Below, piece by piece: positions 40,001 to 55,000 of a DNA stretch of 64,000 bases. The notes under the pieces were generated by a model, which was given only the letters and a program-made list of their open reading frames with translations, searched no databases and was not told where the DNA came from. The stretch is from Ginglymostoma cirratum (taxonomy: Eukaryota), in the NCBI GenBank assembly GCA_024137785.1, contig JAHRHZ010000218.1, forward strand, positions 11,818,128 to 11,882,127, read 5' to 3'. Made by a program: the position numbers and the translations under genes. Within the stretch, counting starts at the first letter, position 1; the number at the start of each line of letters is the position of its first letter.

Positions 40001-43000
40001 TTCCAACTAAGAGATAGCAAGAACTGCAAATGCTGGAGTCACACATAACACAGTGTGGAGCTGGAGGAACACAGCAGGCCAGGCAGCATCAGTGCAGCAG
40101 GAAAGTTGATGTTTCGAGTCCATGTAAAAGAGAATAGTGAGAGAATATTAAATGTTTCTATTAAATCCAGTGGAATGTTCACTGTTAAAATCAAAACAAT
40201 TGAAGGTTCTCCTTTGCAACATTTGTAATGTACTCAATAATTTTGTTCACAATCAAAAACAAATAATGGAATTCTTTTTTAATAAGGAATTACTTTTCAA
40301 TGAACATATTTTGTCACGCCGCCATCTGGAGTGGTCTATTTGCAGAGTGCAAGTTGGTGAACATTAGTTGGATCCATCGCACAAAAGATCCACTTTGGTA
40401 CTTTGTTTCATGGAGTTCTGTTTCAATCCTTAGGCTGCAAAAGTGGATGCTGTCACTAGTAACCTCACCGATGTCTGTAGGATTATGAGGAGAGACTGAG
40501 TAGACTGGGATTATACCCATTGGATTTCAGAAGAATGAGGGGAGATCTTATCTATTCCCTTCATAATCTTATATGTTTCTATAAGGTGGAGGCAGGGAGG
40601 TTGTTTCCGCTAGCAGGTGAAACTAGGACTAGAGGGCATCGCCTCAAAATAAAGGGAAGCAGATGTAGGACTGAGGTCAGGAAGAACTTCTTCACCCAAA
40701 GGGTTGTGAATCTGTGGAATTCCCTGCCCAGTGAAGCGGTTGAAGCTACCTCACTGAATGATTTTAAGGCAAGGCTAGATAAATTTTTGAACAGTAAATG
40801 AATTAAGGTGAGTGGGTGGATAAGTGGAGCTGAGTCTCAAAAAGACCAGCCATTATCTTATTAAATGGCGGGGCAGGCTCGATGGCCTACTCCTGCTCCT
40901 AGTTCTTATGTTCTTATGTCCTCCAGAAGACTGCAGGTAGTTCGAGTAGCAACATATCTGAACAGAGTAAAGGGAAGTGATTTATGAATTTGGTTCCACT
41001 TTTTCCTCTACTGCAACATCCTCTTTTGTTCACACTATAATATTTTCTACACTTGTAATTAAGTACACCTCTCTTGGTACAGAATATTCGCTCTCCTCTC
41101 AGACTCGAACACATGACTACTGTTATCACAATTATGTCATTGTATACATTGCAATTTTCTTACTCGATAGGATGTTGCTGCTTCAGCATCAGTAAAGTGA
41201 AATGAGAATTTAAGAGCTGCTCAGTTCTGCCTTCCAATTGTATAACATTATCACACTGATGTGTAGTTGGACGTAATGAGACATGACATTGATAAGGGCA
41301 AGGCCTCTGGGAGGTACGCACTGTCTCATTTGCAACAGTGATGGTTTCTTTAAGTGCCAGAATCTGCAACCTCTGGCTGATGTACCATCTGTCCTGAGGT
41401 TGGTGTGATGTCTGATTCTGTGGCTGATGCACCCACTGTCCTTGTGATTGATGTGTCCCCTGTCTCTCTGGTTACGACACCCTCTGAGTCTATGATTAGA
41501 GGTTACGTGGTTGCAGGAGGAAATAAGAAAAGTATTTAATCATGATGCTATAGCCATCATTAGTGTAGACAGACTTGATAGTGTTTTTTACTTGCCATGA
41601 CTTTCATAAATTTATACATGCCCTGTAATAGACAGTCTAGTGCAGGGTAGGTTTGCTCATAAATAGTTGCCTGAATGTGAAGACAGGAAAAACATTCAGC
41701 CTCTCTGTATTTAATCACTGCGATATCGTCCTCAATTGCCACTACCACTCTGCCTTCAAAAATAGTCCTGCCCTCTTGGTAGCCTTTAAGGGCTTTCCTG
41801 ATAACCAGTGAGGAGATACAGCAGTCCAATCTTCGAAGCCTTGTCTCTGACTTGCTTTTTGGAGATATACATTAATTGTCCACAGCTCACATGTTTAATG
41901 ATTTTGAGTTGCAAAATCCAATATTAGGTGCACCTTGGGCCTGTCTAATGAAGTGCAAGAGTCTCCTTAAAAGGTTATCAGTTTAGCTAGGATACTTTGT
42001 CTTGGGGTATTGCCATTACATTTGCCAGCGTGCTTACGGATTACTTTGTAAAGATTTGCATTGCAATTGAATTTTAAATGTCCGCTCAAACTGAATAGTT
42101 TAATATAATAGTAAGATTATGAATGAAATTTGAACTTAACCATCTATTTGGGAAAATATTTCTAACTGTTGCGGTAGATGTATCAATTACTAAAGCCAAA
42201 CTGTATTAGCCTTCAGTTTGCGCTTCTTTGCAAGAAATTATAACATTACATGTATTGAAAAGATGGCATTCAAGCTGGAAAATAGTACTTAGTAGATTAC
42301 TAATGTACAACTATAAAATTGAGGAAAATTGGACACTTTTCAGGACCAAAAGTGACAGCCTCAGCCGTGAATGAATTTGCACAGTATACAGCAAGAAACA
42401 ATCTGATCACAGTAGCCAGGGAGTAGTCAAATGAGCTCCCTCTCCTTGATAGCCTAGTTGAAAAATCACCTAGTGTGTTCTGTGCTACTGCCTACCACAA
42501 CATGCTTTCACAAATCAGAACAAACATTGGGATTCCCACAATTCCATACACTATAAGTTTGGCTTCATCAGTAACCTCAGAAATAGGGCCCAAGTTGAAG
42601 TAACTCCATAGAGGCCAGAATCCCGTCAAGAAACCACCCTTTATTTACACATAGAGGGTCCTTGACACTGATCCAGCTCCCTCAGAGCCAGCTCTCAGAG
42701 TGAACATAATCTCTGACATTCCTGTTTATATGCACCAGTCTTTAGGACATAGGCCACACAGACGTAATGTTTTGCCAGCACTGATGTTCATATACCACAT
42801 TACTCATTTGTGCATTAGGCACAATGTCTTAGGCCCTCCCATGAGTCTGCATATTATACAGCAAGAAAGAGCCTGATCAAGGAAGACAGTATCCCATGGA
42901 TGACTTTGATGTATCTTATTTCAGCATTAAGCTTGCATGGTGCACAAATAACTTGTGTAGCCATTGTAATGCGACTAGCCAGGCAGACCTCAAAGAATAT

Positions 43001-46000
43001 GAGTTCCCTGATTGGAATGTTAACCTGGTCCAATCATGGAGCCCTAGCTGTCATATATGAGTTGTAGGCAGAAACAACATGGACATGCACTATGGTTGTT
43101 TCAATTCAACAAAATTTGTGGCATTTATTCTCTAGTTCATTTCTCAAGAAAATGCCTTGACCAATCAGAGTCAACTTGCCTGGCTTAAAATTTAAATACA
43201 GCATAGCAATTAACTGTCAGTCATCATAAATGCATTCACCATTGCAACACCTCTACAAGGCAGCATCCACCTGCCAACCAATCAGCATTTTCCTGTCATT
43301 TAATATAAATGTTGTTTTTCTCTTTACCCTGCTTGCGAATTGTCCAGATGAGTGCAACATGAGAAGCTTCAATGAAAAGTGTGTTTCTTCAGCAATAATC
43401 AAATACAAGATGAGTTTTCTGTAAAAAGTATTTGTTATCTAATCCTATCTTACATGTGATACTTTTCAAAGGTTTATGTACAAAAGTGATATATTGAATG
43501 AACAATTGCATAGGAACTTTAGTCAATCAGTGAGAATAAATGTTTAATTAATTATGCTAAAACCTCTTTAAATCATTGAAACAAGCCCAGAGGTCAATGT
43601 GACCTTGATTTATATTGCAGATTAAATACTTCTTGTATGGGGTGACCCTCCTCCTTAGCCGGAAACAAATCTAGTTTTTCTTTTGAAGGAATACAATAAA
43701 TTAGCATGAACCAGTAATCTCTTCCAGAGGTCTACTATTCTCTGAAGATTTAGAAAAACCTACCATCTAATTTTGCAATTACCTAACATGTAAGTGTGCT
43801 CCTGGTGCTGGTCTAACCTATCCAGTTGAAATAATAGTCCACACAAATACATTGTAGCGCCTTTGCTGCTTTATAATATCGATTAAAATTACCTGACTCT
43901 ACACTTCTGTAAAGCATACAGACCCTGTTTGAGTAACAAAATTGTTTTAAACTAGAAATTGATCACATCACTATTCTCTGTTCTTTCCAAAGCCTAAATT
44001 TCCCCCATCATGTGTGGAGATCTAAATTGCCACAGTGTTCTAATAGAGGCTTAATTGATGTCTTGTGCAAAGACGAAACATTACATTGTTTTGTAATGAC
44101 TTGCACCTTGAATATAAACTTTTATTTTAGCTACAGCTTCACTGTGTTTAACGTGCACTGGTCATACACGTTAAAATAATCTATCTTTAAATCAACTCTG
44201 GTTCCTGTAGAATGTGGTGTATATGTAGCATGTAGGATGCCCATTCAGATTCTAAATACACTGAAATCATGAAAACCTAACATAATTCAAGGTTGTAAGG
44301 ACAGTGATTTGTAAAATGGAAATAAAGTTACTGACTTGATGTAGTGGTCTGTGCCTTTCAGAGTTTGAGATGATCAGATACTGTTGGTTTGTTCAGTGAA
44401 GATTTTACTTTATATTTAGCGTACGATTACTGGCAGGTGCTATTCCTTCCTGTTTTCATTGCTGTAATTAGTTCTAGGCAGGTCATGAGATATTACAATA
44501 CTGCAGTCAAATGCTTGCAGCCGTTTAGCACCTGATCACTTGGAATTTGCCCTGAATATTGTTTCCATTTTGGCTAATATGTGTTAGTGTCAGTACACTT
44601 CTATGTCATTTTATAGAATTAATTGTTTACCTACATATGCACAATATCAAGCATCTCAGAGATCGGTTTTAACCCCGCGTCTCAAAACTGTCCTGTTTCT
44701 CCAGCTACAAGCAGAAATATTGCCAAGCCTTCGTAAAATCAAATGTGACATATAATTGAGATGAATTTTAAGAATTTGAAATATTAGCTATAATCTAACT
44801 CTTCAAAGTTGTTGTTTTTGTTGTTTTATCGTTTTTGCTCATAAGCTCTTACATTATTTTTCTATCATATTGCAGTGTGGAGTAGAACTAGAAACTGAAG
44901 ATAAACGTGGAAACACACCTTTAAAACTTGCAAGAGAATGCCAGTATAAGGATATAATAGCACATTTAGAAAACACTATCTATCAAGCAAGAAATGTGAT
45001 TCCAAGATTTGACTGGAGGTAATGTAAAACAATTCAGTTGCGTAAATTATTTTTTTAACATATCACTTTGCTCTGGAGACACAGTCTCAAAATATGTGTA
45101 ATGTTGGTCAGTGATGAAATACAGTTGATCACTCTGGCAAAACTTTGAAGAGGGTCCAACAAAAAAGTATAAATGGCCAACTTTGTAACTGAACCCATTA
45201 ACAGCCAACCTGGGAGAGGTAATGAGACTGGGAAGCAATGCATTTTTTAAAAAAAATTAAATGAGTGCATGAAGAGGTATAAGTTGTAGAATCTATAATG
45301 GGATCAAAGTGATCAAAAAGGCTTGAGATTTATTCTAAGATTAAATGGGTTTTTGCCAGCTATGGTTCCCAAGGTGAAATAGGAAACTGGTTTAAGAGCG
45401 ACAGTAGCAGCCCTTTTGAGGTTGAATCTGTGGAGGTAAACACTATGCATTCGAAAATATTGCTTTGTTTTGTGAAAATGCAAGTTGTATAATAGGATAA
45501 GGGAAAGATGTTGGGGGAAATGTGCTTACATAAGCTAAGTACAGTTGCATGTCTGATTTTGCTGCTTTGCAGGTTTCACTGGATGGTGCAGAACCAAGTG
45601 ACCTTTGTAAATTCCTGCAGCTACATGGTGTATGGATTAAGGGAGGTGCTGCTGTGATCTTTATAATCAGAATAAGGCCAGGAAAGCAAAGTTAGGGTAA
45701 TGTTTTATTAAATGAGCCGAAGGTAGCCAAAAAGGTATTGATCTAAAGAATCCCCAGTGCATAAGATTGCCTCGATAAGGCAAAAAGTGCTTCTTAATTG
45801 TCATAAATAATTCTGAATTGTCATTTATTTGATAATGCTTGCAACACTGTTATTATAAATACTTTCTGAAATCCTAAAAGAATTAAACAAATCTAATGGC
45901 TTGTGTCACTAAAGTACATAAGGTGCAATTTTCCCTTGCCTTGAGATGGCAAGAGGGGAAATAGTGAGGTAAGTTAGACATGGAGAGAAACTCACTCCCT

Positions 46001-49000
46001 TCTCGCCAACTTGGCAATCAGGCAATGGGCAAGATCATGAACAGCTTACTCAATTTGTCAATAATTAAGGCCATTAGGTGGTCAGTTAATGGTAGGAGAA
46101 AGAGGCTGAACTTTGAAAGTCAAATCCTGACTGGCCTCTCCCCACAACTACCACCCTGTTTGAAGAATGGAAAGACTTGATTTCTCATGGCTGAATCCTC
46201 TGATGAATAGGCCATGACTGGTGGATTTCAGGACCCAGAAGCTGCCAACTTTTGATTGTCTGGCAGCTTTTGGCAACCTGGCTCACTAGTATTGAGGCCT
46301 GTGATAGGGTGAGGTATTTGCTCTCTTGTCAGCTGTTAACAAGCTGATTGGTGGGTAAGTGGGTGGGTTATCTCACCAGTGGGCCTTCTGTATTAGTTGC
46401 CATCTCACACACTCAACTCTCACACTTTAAAAAAAGTGTGAAATTCCACCCATGGAGGATTCAGCTTGTGGTAAATGATTGTTAAGACACAAGCTTTAGT
46501 TAAGAGATCTTGTGGTGCAGTGATAGTATCCCTACCTCAGAGCCAGGAAACCTAGGTTCAAGTCCCACCTGCTCTGGAGTTGTATAATGATATCTCTGAA
46601 CAGGTTGATTAGAAAATATCTGGTTGGTGGGGATATAGGAAAATGTCATCTTAGCACAGCAAGGGAAATTCTCATGTAATTTGATTAATTAAGAACAAAA
46701 AGGTGTGTAGTGACAGTTCTTATTGGCCAAATCATCAATAATGAATCTTGGAGGTGTGGGAGTGAATGACAAGCTTGTGAATCTTGAAACTAGCATTGCC
46801 TCTATATTACACACTGATTTAGAAGAGGTATCTTTTTTCACAGAGGTTCTTTCATAGCTGAGTACTTAAGATTGAGTTATACTTACGAGGAATGTTAAGG
46901 CAAGTCATAAGAAGGACATAGAGTCACATTGGATGGGAATTACTGTGCACATTCTCCCATGCATCCATCAGAACTTTGATGTGGACCTACAATGATACCT
47001 ATAAAATGGTATAAATATTGGGCTGAATCTTGTGCTCCTGGAGACAGAAAGTCTAGAGACAGCAAGACAATGTAATTAGGCATGTAATTAATACCTAAAT
47101 CCCAACAGAATTAAGTTTGGATCTGGAAAGTCCAGTATCAGTGAAGGACAGTTTTAAGGACCTCAGCCAGTCTTTGGGTTAAACCAGTTGCCAGTGGGCC
47201 TGTCACCACGTGGCTTGTCTAACACATGTAGGCAGTTTGTTACCCTGGGGTGGGATCCCTCTCAATAAACGTCTGGCCAAGGAACTGGATATAGGGCAGA
47301 AAGGTGTCCACCATGGAGCCATATACCTCCCACCCATCCCATCACCCTTGCTTCTGACACCTCATTCCTCTCTCCCTGAAACTCCTAAACTCAGAAATCA
47401 CCCCCACAAATCACTGACCTTACACCTTGGTCTTCCATCGTCCTGGGTGTCCTTCGAGCAGCAGCCACAGTGTCTTCTGTGGCTTGCAGCTCTCACTGGG
47501 TGAGAACCTCTATCCCCAGAGTCCTAACGCTCAGCAAAGGTCCCCATTGCTTTTGGAATCAGCAGGCCTTTCCAAGGAGAGGGAAAGTGGTTCTTTCTCT
47601 GGCTCTCGAGCCAACTGCAGAGACCTCTGTTGCCTCAACAAGGTTCCACCTATTGTCCATGAGTTTTATCACAACGAATGTGGTAGACAATTAGGAGAAT
47701 CTCCAAAGAAATGCACGTCAACTGATCCTGTCATGCCTTCTTATTTTAGCTGTGCTGCAAATGGACTTATTGTGTGTCATAACATCTCTGAACAGACCGA
47801 TTAGAAAATATCTACAAACTGACTTATCAGGCTGATGTTTTGGGAGAGATTTTATCAGTGATTAAAGAGGTTTTTGTTTTACTCTGTGGCAACTGTATGA
47901 CCTTCCACAATGTTCCATTTTAACTTATGTTGTCAAACAAGCAGGAATGCAGTGTAGGGCAGAGGGGCCTGTAGGGTTGGCTCCAGCATTCAGATATGTG
48001 ATTAGGTAGGAGGAGGTTGATCAGGTGCATTATATACTAAAAGATAATTGTTTTTAGGCAAACTCCTAGACCACACTTTTAGTGAGATCTTCATTTCATT
48101 TAAACGCACTCTGAAAAACTGGCAACCCACTGATGACAACTCCCCATATTTCTGTAGCCAATTCTTACCTAATTAACTCTTAATTAAATATCCGTCACTT
48201 GTTCACTTATTCCATTAGGTCTCAGACATCCCTCCCAACCTTATTAGGAGATAACAGGAAGGCTTTGCGATTGGGGGAAGGGAGAGGGGTGCCAGATCAG
48301 CGAGGCCCAGGGTTTCATTTTACAACCCAACGTGTTCTTCCGAGCCCACGAAGGAGAAAATTTTAAAAAACTCACCATGTTTGGAGTAGTCCCTTTACTG
48401 TTTCACACTTCAGTCAGACCCCAATGTGTCCATCACAGCCTAATCTGTGTGTTCAAGAAAGATCTTTGTTGCTGACCTCAACATGGGCCTAACTAGAGTA
48501 GTCATCAACAATCAACAGGTCTAGGCAGTGGGCTGTGGATGGGATCATAATTCGTGACTGACGGCCTGCCTCTCTCTTGCAGCGACATTTGTGCCCAGGT
48601 GACCTTGGAGAGGGAGCAGGCAGTGTCCACCAACACTCTTGAGGCTTTTAGAGAAAGGCACTGCAGGGCTGGAATGCAATATCTTTCCATTTTGATTTAG
48701 TCCCCTTCTCTTTCCCTCCCCATTCCCTATTTCTGTTGTTGTTGGACTGCGCCTGGTGGGAAGTGCTTCTTAATTGTTGTGTTTTAAGTTATGAACCAAG
48801 TCATTTGATGGGGGGTACACGTAAATTTAAAAGGATTTTGCTGCTTTCTAGCAGTTGGCCCACTCACCTGCTCAACGAAGCGGGTTAAAATTGCAACCAA
48901 TAGGAAGACAGTGGGATCACTGGGGTTAAGTTGCTGCAACTAGTTTCTGTCAGACTGCCAGCGTTAAAGTCATCTAAAATATTGATAACTAAGACATCCT

Positions 49001-52000
49001 GTGCAAATTATGTGAAGCGATCCACTTTGAGTTACCATGAAACATAGGAAAAGGGAGCAGGAGTAGGCCGTTCAGCCCTTTAAGCCTAGCTCCACCATTC
49101 AACATGATCATAGCTGATCATCCAACTCTGTACCTTGTTCTTGCTTTCACCCATTCTATCAGAATCCTTTAGCCCTAAGAACAATGTGGAGCTCCTTGAA
49201 AACATTTGATGTTTTGCCCTAAGCTGTTTTCTGTGACAGAGAATTCCACAGGTTCACCGCTGTCTGGGTGAAGAAATTAAACAACCTCCACTTAAAAAAA
49301 GAAGGGTCCTGAAACTGGGCACCGACTGCTTGCTCAGTGCTTGTGCCTCGTTCACAGGCAGAAAGATTTTAAAAAATGACTGGAGAGAAATATTCTTCAA
49401 AATGGCAGTTTGTTGGCAAGCACAGTGTGTGGAATTTAATCTCCATGGCAGAGGCAGAAATAGGTTCCCCATTTGTTTTTGTTTAGGAACTAATTCCCAA
49501 TATACTCAAATGAAAACTTAAAGAACCAGCACATGGGCACGAGTGCCTATTGCAGCATCCCACCATCAGGTGACAGTTCAGCAGGTCTGGCCAGGTTATA
49601 AAGGAGTCACCTGGAAAAGCAAGTAGGCTCTGTGTCAAGGTCCCACATTTCTTGAATAAAAACAAAGTTTCTGGAAAAGCTCAACAGGTCCGGCAGCATC
49701 TGTGAAGGAAAAAACAGAGTTTAACGTTTCAGGTCCGATGACCCTTCCTTAGAATCATGCCCTTGTCCATCTGCTTTTTGTCAGAAGTCTGAGCCCTTAA
49801 TTCTGTTCATCCCTTCATCTGCTATAGACATTTTCAAACTTTTCCACACATCAGATCGTCTGCTTATTAATTTTACCCCCACTCCCACGTAACTGTCAGA
49901 TTGAAACTTTGTCCATGCCACTTTGAAAATGTAAAAACCAAGATATAGACCATTTTAGTGGTGCCTCCCTGCAGATCCTCCTCCAGGCTGTTAGAGAATG
50001 CCGTGAGATGCTCGTCCCAAGGGATGTTAACCCTTGACCAAAATGGCACAGACAGGGATTTCGAAGGAGGTTAGCAACCTTGGGGTTAACTGAAGATTCT
50101 GAGTCTAGTTCAGGAAAAGAGTCAGTGACATCATGCAGTCTGCCCTGGTAAATGACATGGTGGCCTGGGATTGTCCCTCCTGGGCATTAGGCTACATATT
50201 TGTGTGAGTGTACAGGCAGACTGGGTGGATAGATGTGTGAGGAGCTTCAGGACAGCTGGCACTTGAGATCAAAACATGTGACGATTTGGCTTGAGTGAGC
50301 AAGCAGATGCTATCTAAATACAATGATGGGTCAGTATGTGTGACAGGGATGTGTCAAACAAGGGGCTTAGTTGGCATTTGACAAGTCACCAAATCTCTAC
50401 TTCTGCAGCAGGACATCCCGACCTGAACAAAAGATCAAAGACAGTTGGATGGGTGCCGGTCTCCCGTGATTTTCACTCCTGAGGTGGAAGATGTCCTCTA
50501 GATTGCTGGTGAACAAGGCCACAAGCCCATAGCTGATGGCAAGGTTGGACTGGCAAGGGAGCAGCTTGAGAACGCATTATACCTGGTGCTGCCATATGGT
50601 CACTCAGGACCCTGGGAGGAATTGTGCTGTGCTCTTGAACTCTGTGGAACATTAATGTGTTTACTTTTGTTCTCCTTTACAGATCTCCACAATCCAGACC
50701 CAAGGCCTCAGCCACTGGAGATCGAAGATTCCATTTCTGGGGAAATTAGACCAGTGACCCAGAGGATACACTATCACCTGCATTTCTCACACTCTCCACC
50801 AGTGCAGGCCCACCAACCTGTCTCACATTTAGAGTCAAATCCAAATTCTTGTGAACACAGCACAGACAAGGTCCAGTTACTGAAGGAGGCTTTGGTAGCT
50901 GGGACCTAGGCATTAGAAGGACTGTTGATGAACAGCCCCATGCTGATCTCCACACTGTCTGCACCCACCCCTCCCCCATCTTGACCATAAGACTCCTGCT
51001 GGTAATGCAGCAGAGATCCCAGGGCTATCCATAGCTTTGCCAGGACTATTGAGATGTATGCCAATGGCATGCACACCATTGCATTCTGCTATCCCCCAGG
51101 CATTTGAGCACATGGCTTCCTCCATGAAGAAAGTGGCAACCACCATGGGGCTCCAGGTAGAGCAGTGGAGCTTTTGGCACTTGGACAAGAACTCTCTCGC
51201 TCTAGCTATGGGCTAAAATAGCAGGAGCTATGCAACAGGGGTACAGGCAACTGCACTTGCCCAAAGTGCCTCTTCTGTTCAGGGACATAGAGAATTACCA
51301 TTGCTTGCCCAGATGGAGGAAAATGGAATACTAGATGTCTGGGTGTTGTGAGGGTGGGTATCCTCTTAGGGCAGTTATAATTTGAGTAGCCTCTCTTCAT
51401 CCCCTCAGCCATTAACATAATTCCCTCCAGTTGACATGGTGAAGGAGGTTCCTACTACACCCATACAGGATGCTCTAATTAGGACAGGACCCCTCCAATC
51501 CAAGTTGAAGGTTATGGCATAGAATGGAATCTCAGATGCCTATGCTAATAGGTGGATGGAAATCACAATCTGGACCATCTAATGTCTTACCATCTCTTAA
51601 TGATGAAATCATGTCTTCCCAGGGACCTTTCCTTCACCATATTATGTCCTTTATCACCTCATTCCTCATTCCAGATAGACCAGAAATTGATCTGTTCTTC
51701 CCTTCTGACCTTGGGCACAGCCTGCTCAGTAATCTTGGCTGTTGATGTCAATGCATGTGATAATTGTCATCCTCACAGATGTGCCAGTGGGAGCATCTCC
51801 ACAACTCTTGCATCTGCACCATTTCCAGGGTCACCTTCCATCACTTGATCCTATAGCACAGATGTTCTCTCTGTTAGAGGGGCAAGCAAATTGAGGATGA
51901 TCAGGGTGCTTCATGACAGGTGCCACCTTTACTCTCCTTCATAACGTCCTCATTCCTTAATGAGAATGATGGATGTCTGATGGAGCATACTAATTGGGAC

Positions 52001-55000
52001 TCTACTTGGATCCCAAGGATCACTGTAACACTATTGACCAGTTCCACATTACTCAGCATTACTGCTACTGAAACCCCTTAGACAGCACCTTCCAAACATA
52101 CAACCACTTCCATCTCGAAGGGCAAGGGCAGCAGATACATAGGAATGCCACTACTTACACATTCTCCTGGAAGCTATTCACCATCCTGACTTGAAAATGT
52201 ATTGCTGTTCCTTCTGTGTCAATTGGCCAAAATCCTGGAATGCCCTCCCTAAAGGCATTATTGGTCTACCGTCAGCACATGGATTGCAGTAGTTCAATAA
52301 GGCAGCTCATTACCACCTTCACAAGGGCACCTAGGGGTGGGCAATAAATACTGGCCTAGCCAGCGACCCGACATCCCATGATTGAATAAACCTCCTCTCT
52401 GTCATTGCTTCAAAATGAGCTTCACCATAACAATCAAGCAAAGGGCAACCCTGCTCCAAGTGCGAGTCACACCTCTGTGGTAATCTTAACCATTTCAACC
52501 TCACATTAATACTACAGTTGGGCCTCCACTCAAGACATTAGCCACCCTCTCAATGGAGGAGTTCATGTGCACATAACCCTAAGTCTTGGTAGCACTTTTG
52601 AGCTCCTCCCTCCTCTGTCTAAAATCCCATCCTGCCTCTGTAAACTGTGGTATAGGAACACATTTCCTGCTGCTGTTCAATATATAGCCTCCTTCCCAAT
52701 GGCTGCTGAAGGCCTGCATCCTTATCCATCGTTCGTGCCTCCAGGCTCTGAGGAGGACTGATCACAGCCTCAGTGTCTGGTATTTCTTCCTGCCTGGGTG
52801 CCATGATCATTCCCCTGTCTCAGCATACCTACATGAATGTGAAGACCCACCAAGATGAAAGTATCTGCACTGGTGGATGGTACATTTTGAAGGTGTGACA
52901 ATGCCTTCTTCATGCAGTTGAGGTCCTGCAGAGGTTGGGGGGAGAGTGGGGGTGACCGAGTGGGGTGAGTTCTACAGCTGCAGGAGCCACAAGAGCTGAC
53001 TATTAGCTAGCTTAGTGGGGTGGAAATCTCTACAGTTCTGAGGCTGCACAGTCTTACTGGTGCACTTTCAGCTAGATTGAAGTGGTCTGCTGAATGATCA
53101 TTTAGCCTACTGTAATCATTAAATGTATCAGGAACTTTGGTTTCACCAGGTGCATCTGCCTCCTCTTTGACGATCAGAATGAAAGATTGCAGAGAAAGTT
53201 TGCTAGGATGTTGCCTGGTCTGGAGAGTTTTAGTTATGAGGAGAGGTTGGATAAAGTTAGATTGTTTTCATTGGAAAAACAGAGGCTGAGGGGTGACCTG
53301 ATAGAGGTCTACAAAATTATAAGAGGCACAGATAGGGTGGATAGTCAGAGGCTTTTTTCCCAGGGTGGAAAGGTCAACTACAAGAGGGCACAGTTTCAAA
53401 GTGAGGAGGTGAAAGTTTAGGGGAGAAGCCCAGGGTGGTGGGTGCCTGGAACACACTGCCAGTGGAGGTGGTGGAAGCAGGCATTTAGCAATGTTCAAGG
53501 CATATCTTCATAGACACATGAACGAGAGGCGAACAGAGGGATAGAAACCACACATGGGCAATAAGTAGCAGGTCTAAATAAGAATTAGGAATCGGTGCAG
53601 ATTTGATGGACTGAGGGGCCAGTTCCTGTGCTGTATTGTATTGTATTGTATCATGGTTATCATCAATGAATCCTGCTCCGTAAGTTTATTTGATGACAGT
53701 TTCTCTGCAGCTTTCTGGCTATGAGCCATTCTGAGGGGTCAGTAATGGTCCCAGCATATACACATTCAATTTCAGAGCAGTTTGTACCCTGAGCCTCCTC
53801 AGACTTTGGTTTCTGGACAGTCCATACCCTGAGTCCTGTCCAAGGAGTTAGGAGGCACACTCATCTTGCCAAATGTACATATTAGCCAAACCTCTTTTCT
53901 ACACTGGATCCAAAGTTCTCTTTGCCTGTTTTCTGCCACTCATAGCAGTAGCATTCTCCAGCCATTTCTGTTTGGTCTTGGACAATGATATTCTCCGGCC
54001 ATTCTTTGGGAAACGGACCCCCCCCCCCCGCTTCTCCCTCGTTACCTCCAAAATGAGCTTCACCATACCAATGAAGCAAAGGGCAACCCTCCTCCAAGTG
54101 CAAGTCACACTTCTGTGGTCTTCTTAACCACTCTATTAGCCTTTCCTGCCATCTTCCATGATGTGTGGACAGACACTCAAGATCCCTCAGTTCCTTTGAG
54201 CTTCCTAGCATTCGTGCCATTCATTAAGTACTCCTTTGTCTTGTTACTTCTTCCAAAGTGCATCACCTCACATTTTTCAGGGTTAAATTCTATCTGACAC
54301 TGCTCATCTGACCAACACACCTATATTTTCTTATAATCTAAGATCTTCTTCCTTACCATTAACCACTCAGCCAATCTTTGTGTCATCCACTAAACTCAAT
54401 TACTAGGCCCCACAATTTCTTCCATATTGTTTACATATATACCGTGTGTGTATATGTTATATATATCACAAACAACATCTTCCAGTGATATAAACAGCCT
54501 TGTACCACCACCCTCTGGCACCTACTAATAAACAAATTTTGGATTCATCTTGCCAAAGTACCCTGGCTATATCAACTGAACTACCCTCATTTACACACTT
54601 GATAACTTCCCCATAAATTCAATTAAGTGTGTTAGGCAAGGCCATGTTGATAATCCGTGATCAAACCTTGTCTTTCTTAGTGGAAATTAATTCTCTCTTT
54701 CAGAATTTTCTCCAACTGTTTCCCTACCACTGATGTGTGACTCACTGGTCAGTAATTTCCTTATGTATCTCTACCACCATTCTTGAAAAGCGTAACCACA
54801 TTAGCTGTCCTCGTCTGGCGCCTCCCATGTGACTGTAGAGGAAGTAAAAATTTAAATCAAAGCCCCTGTACTTTCCTCTCTCATCTCCGACAGCAGTCTC
54901 GATTACAGAGCCTTAAATACAACTCATCTTGACGTACAAGTCATTTATTCATCACCACATCTTGCCATAGCCATAAATTATCCACCAGCATGGTCTGGAT

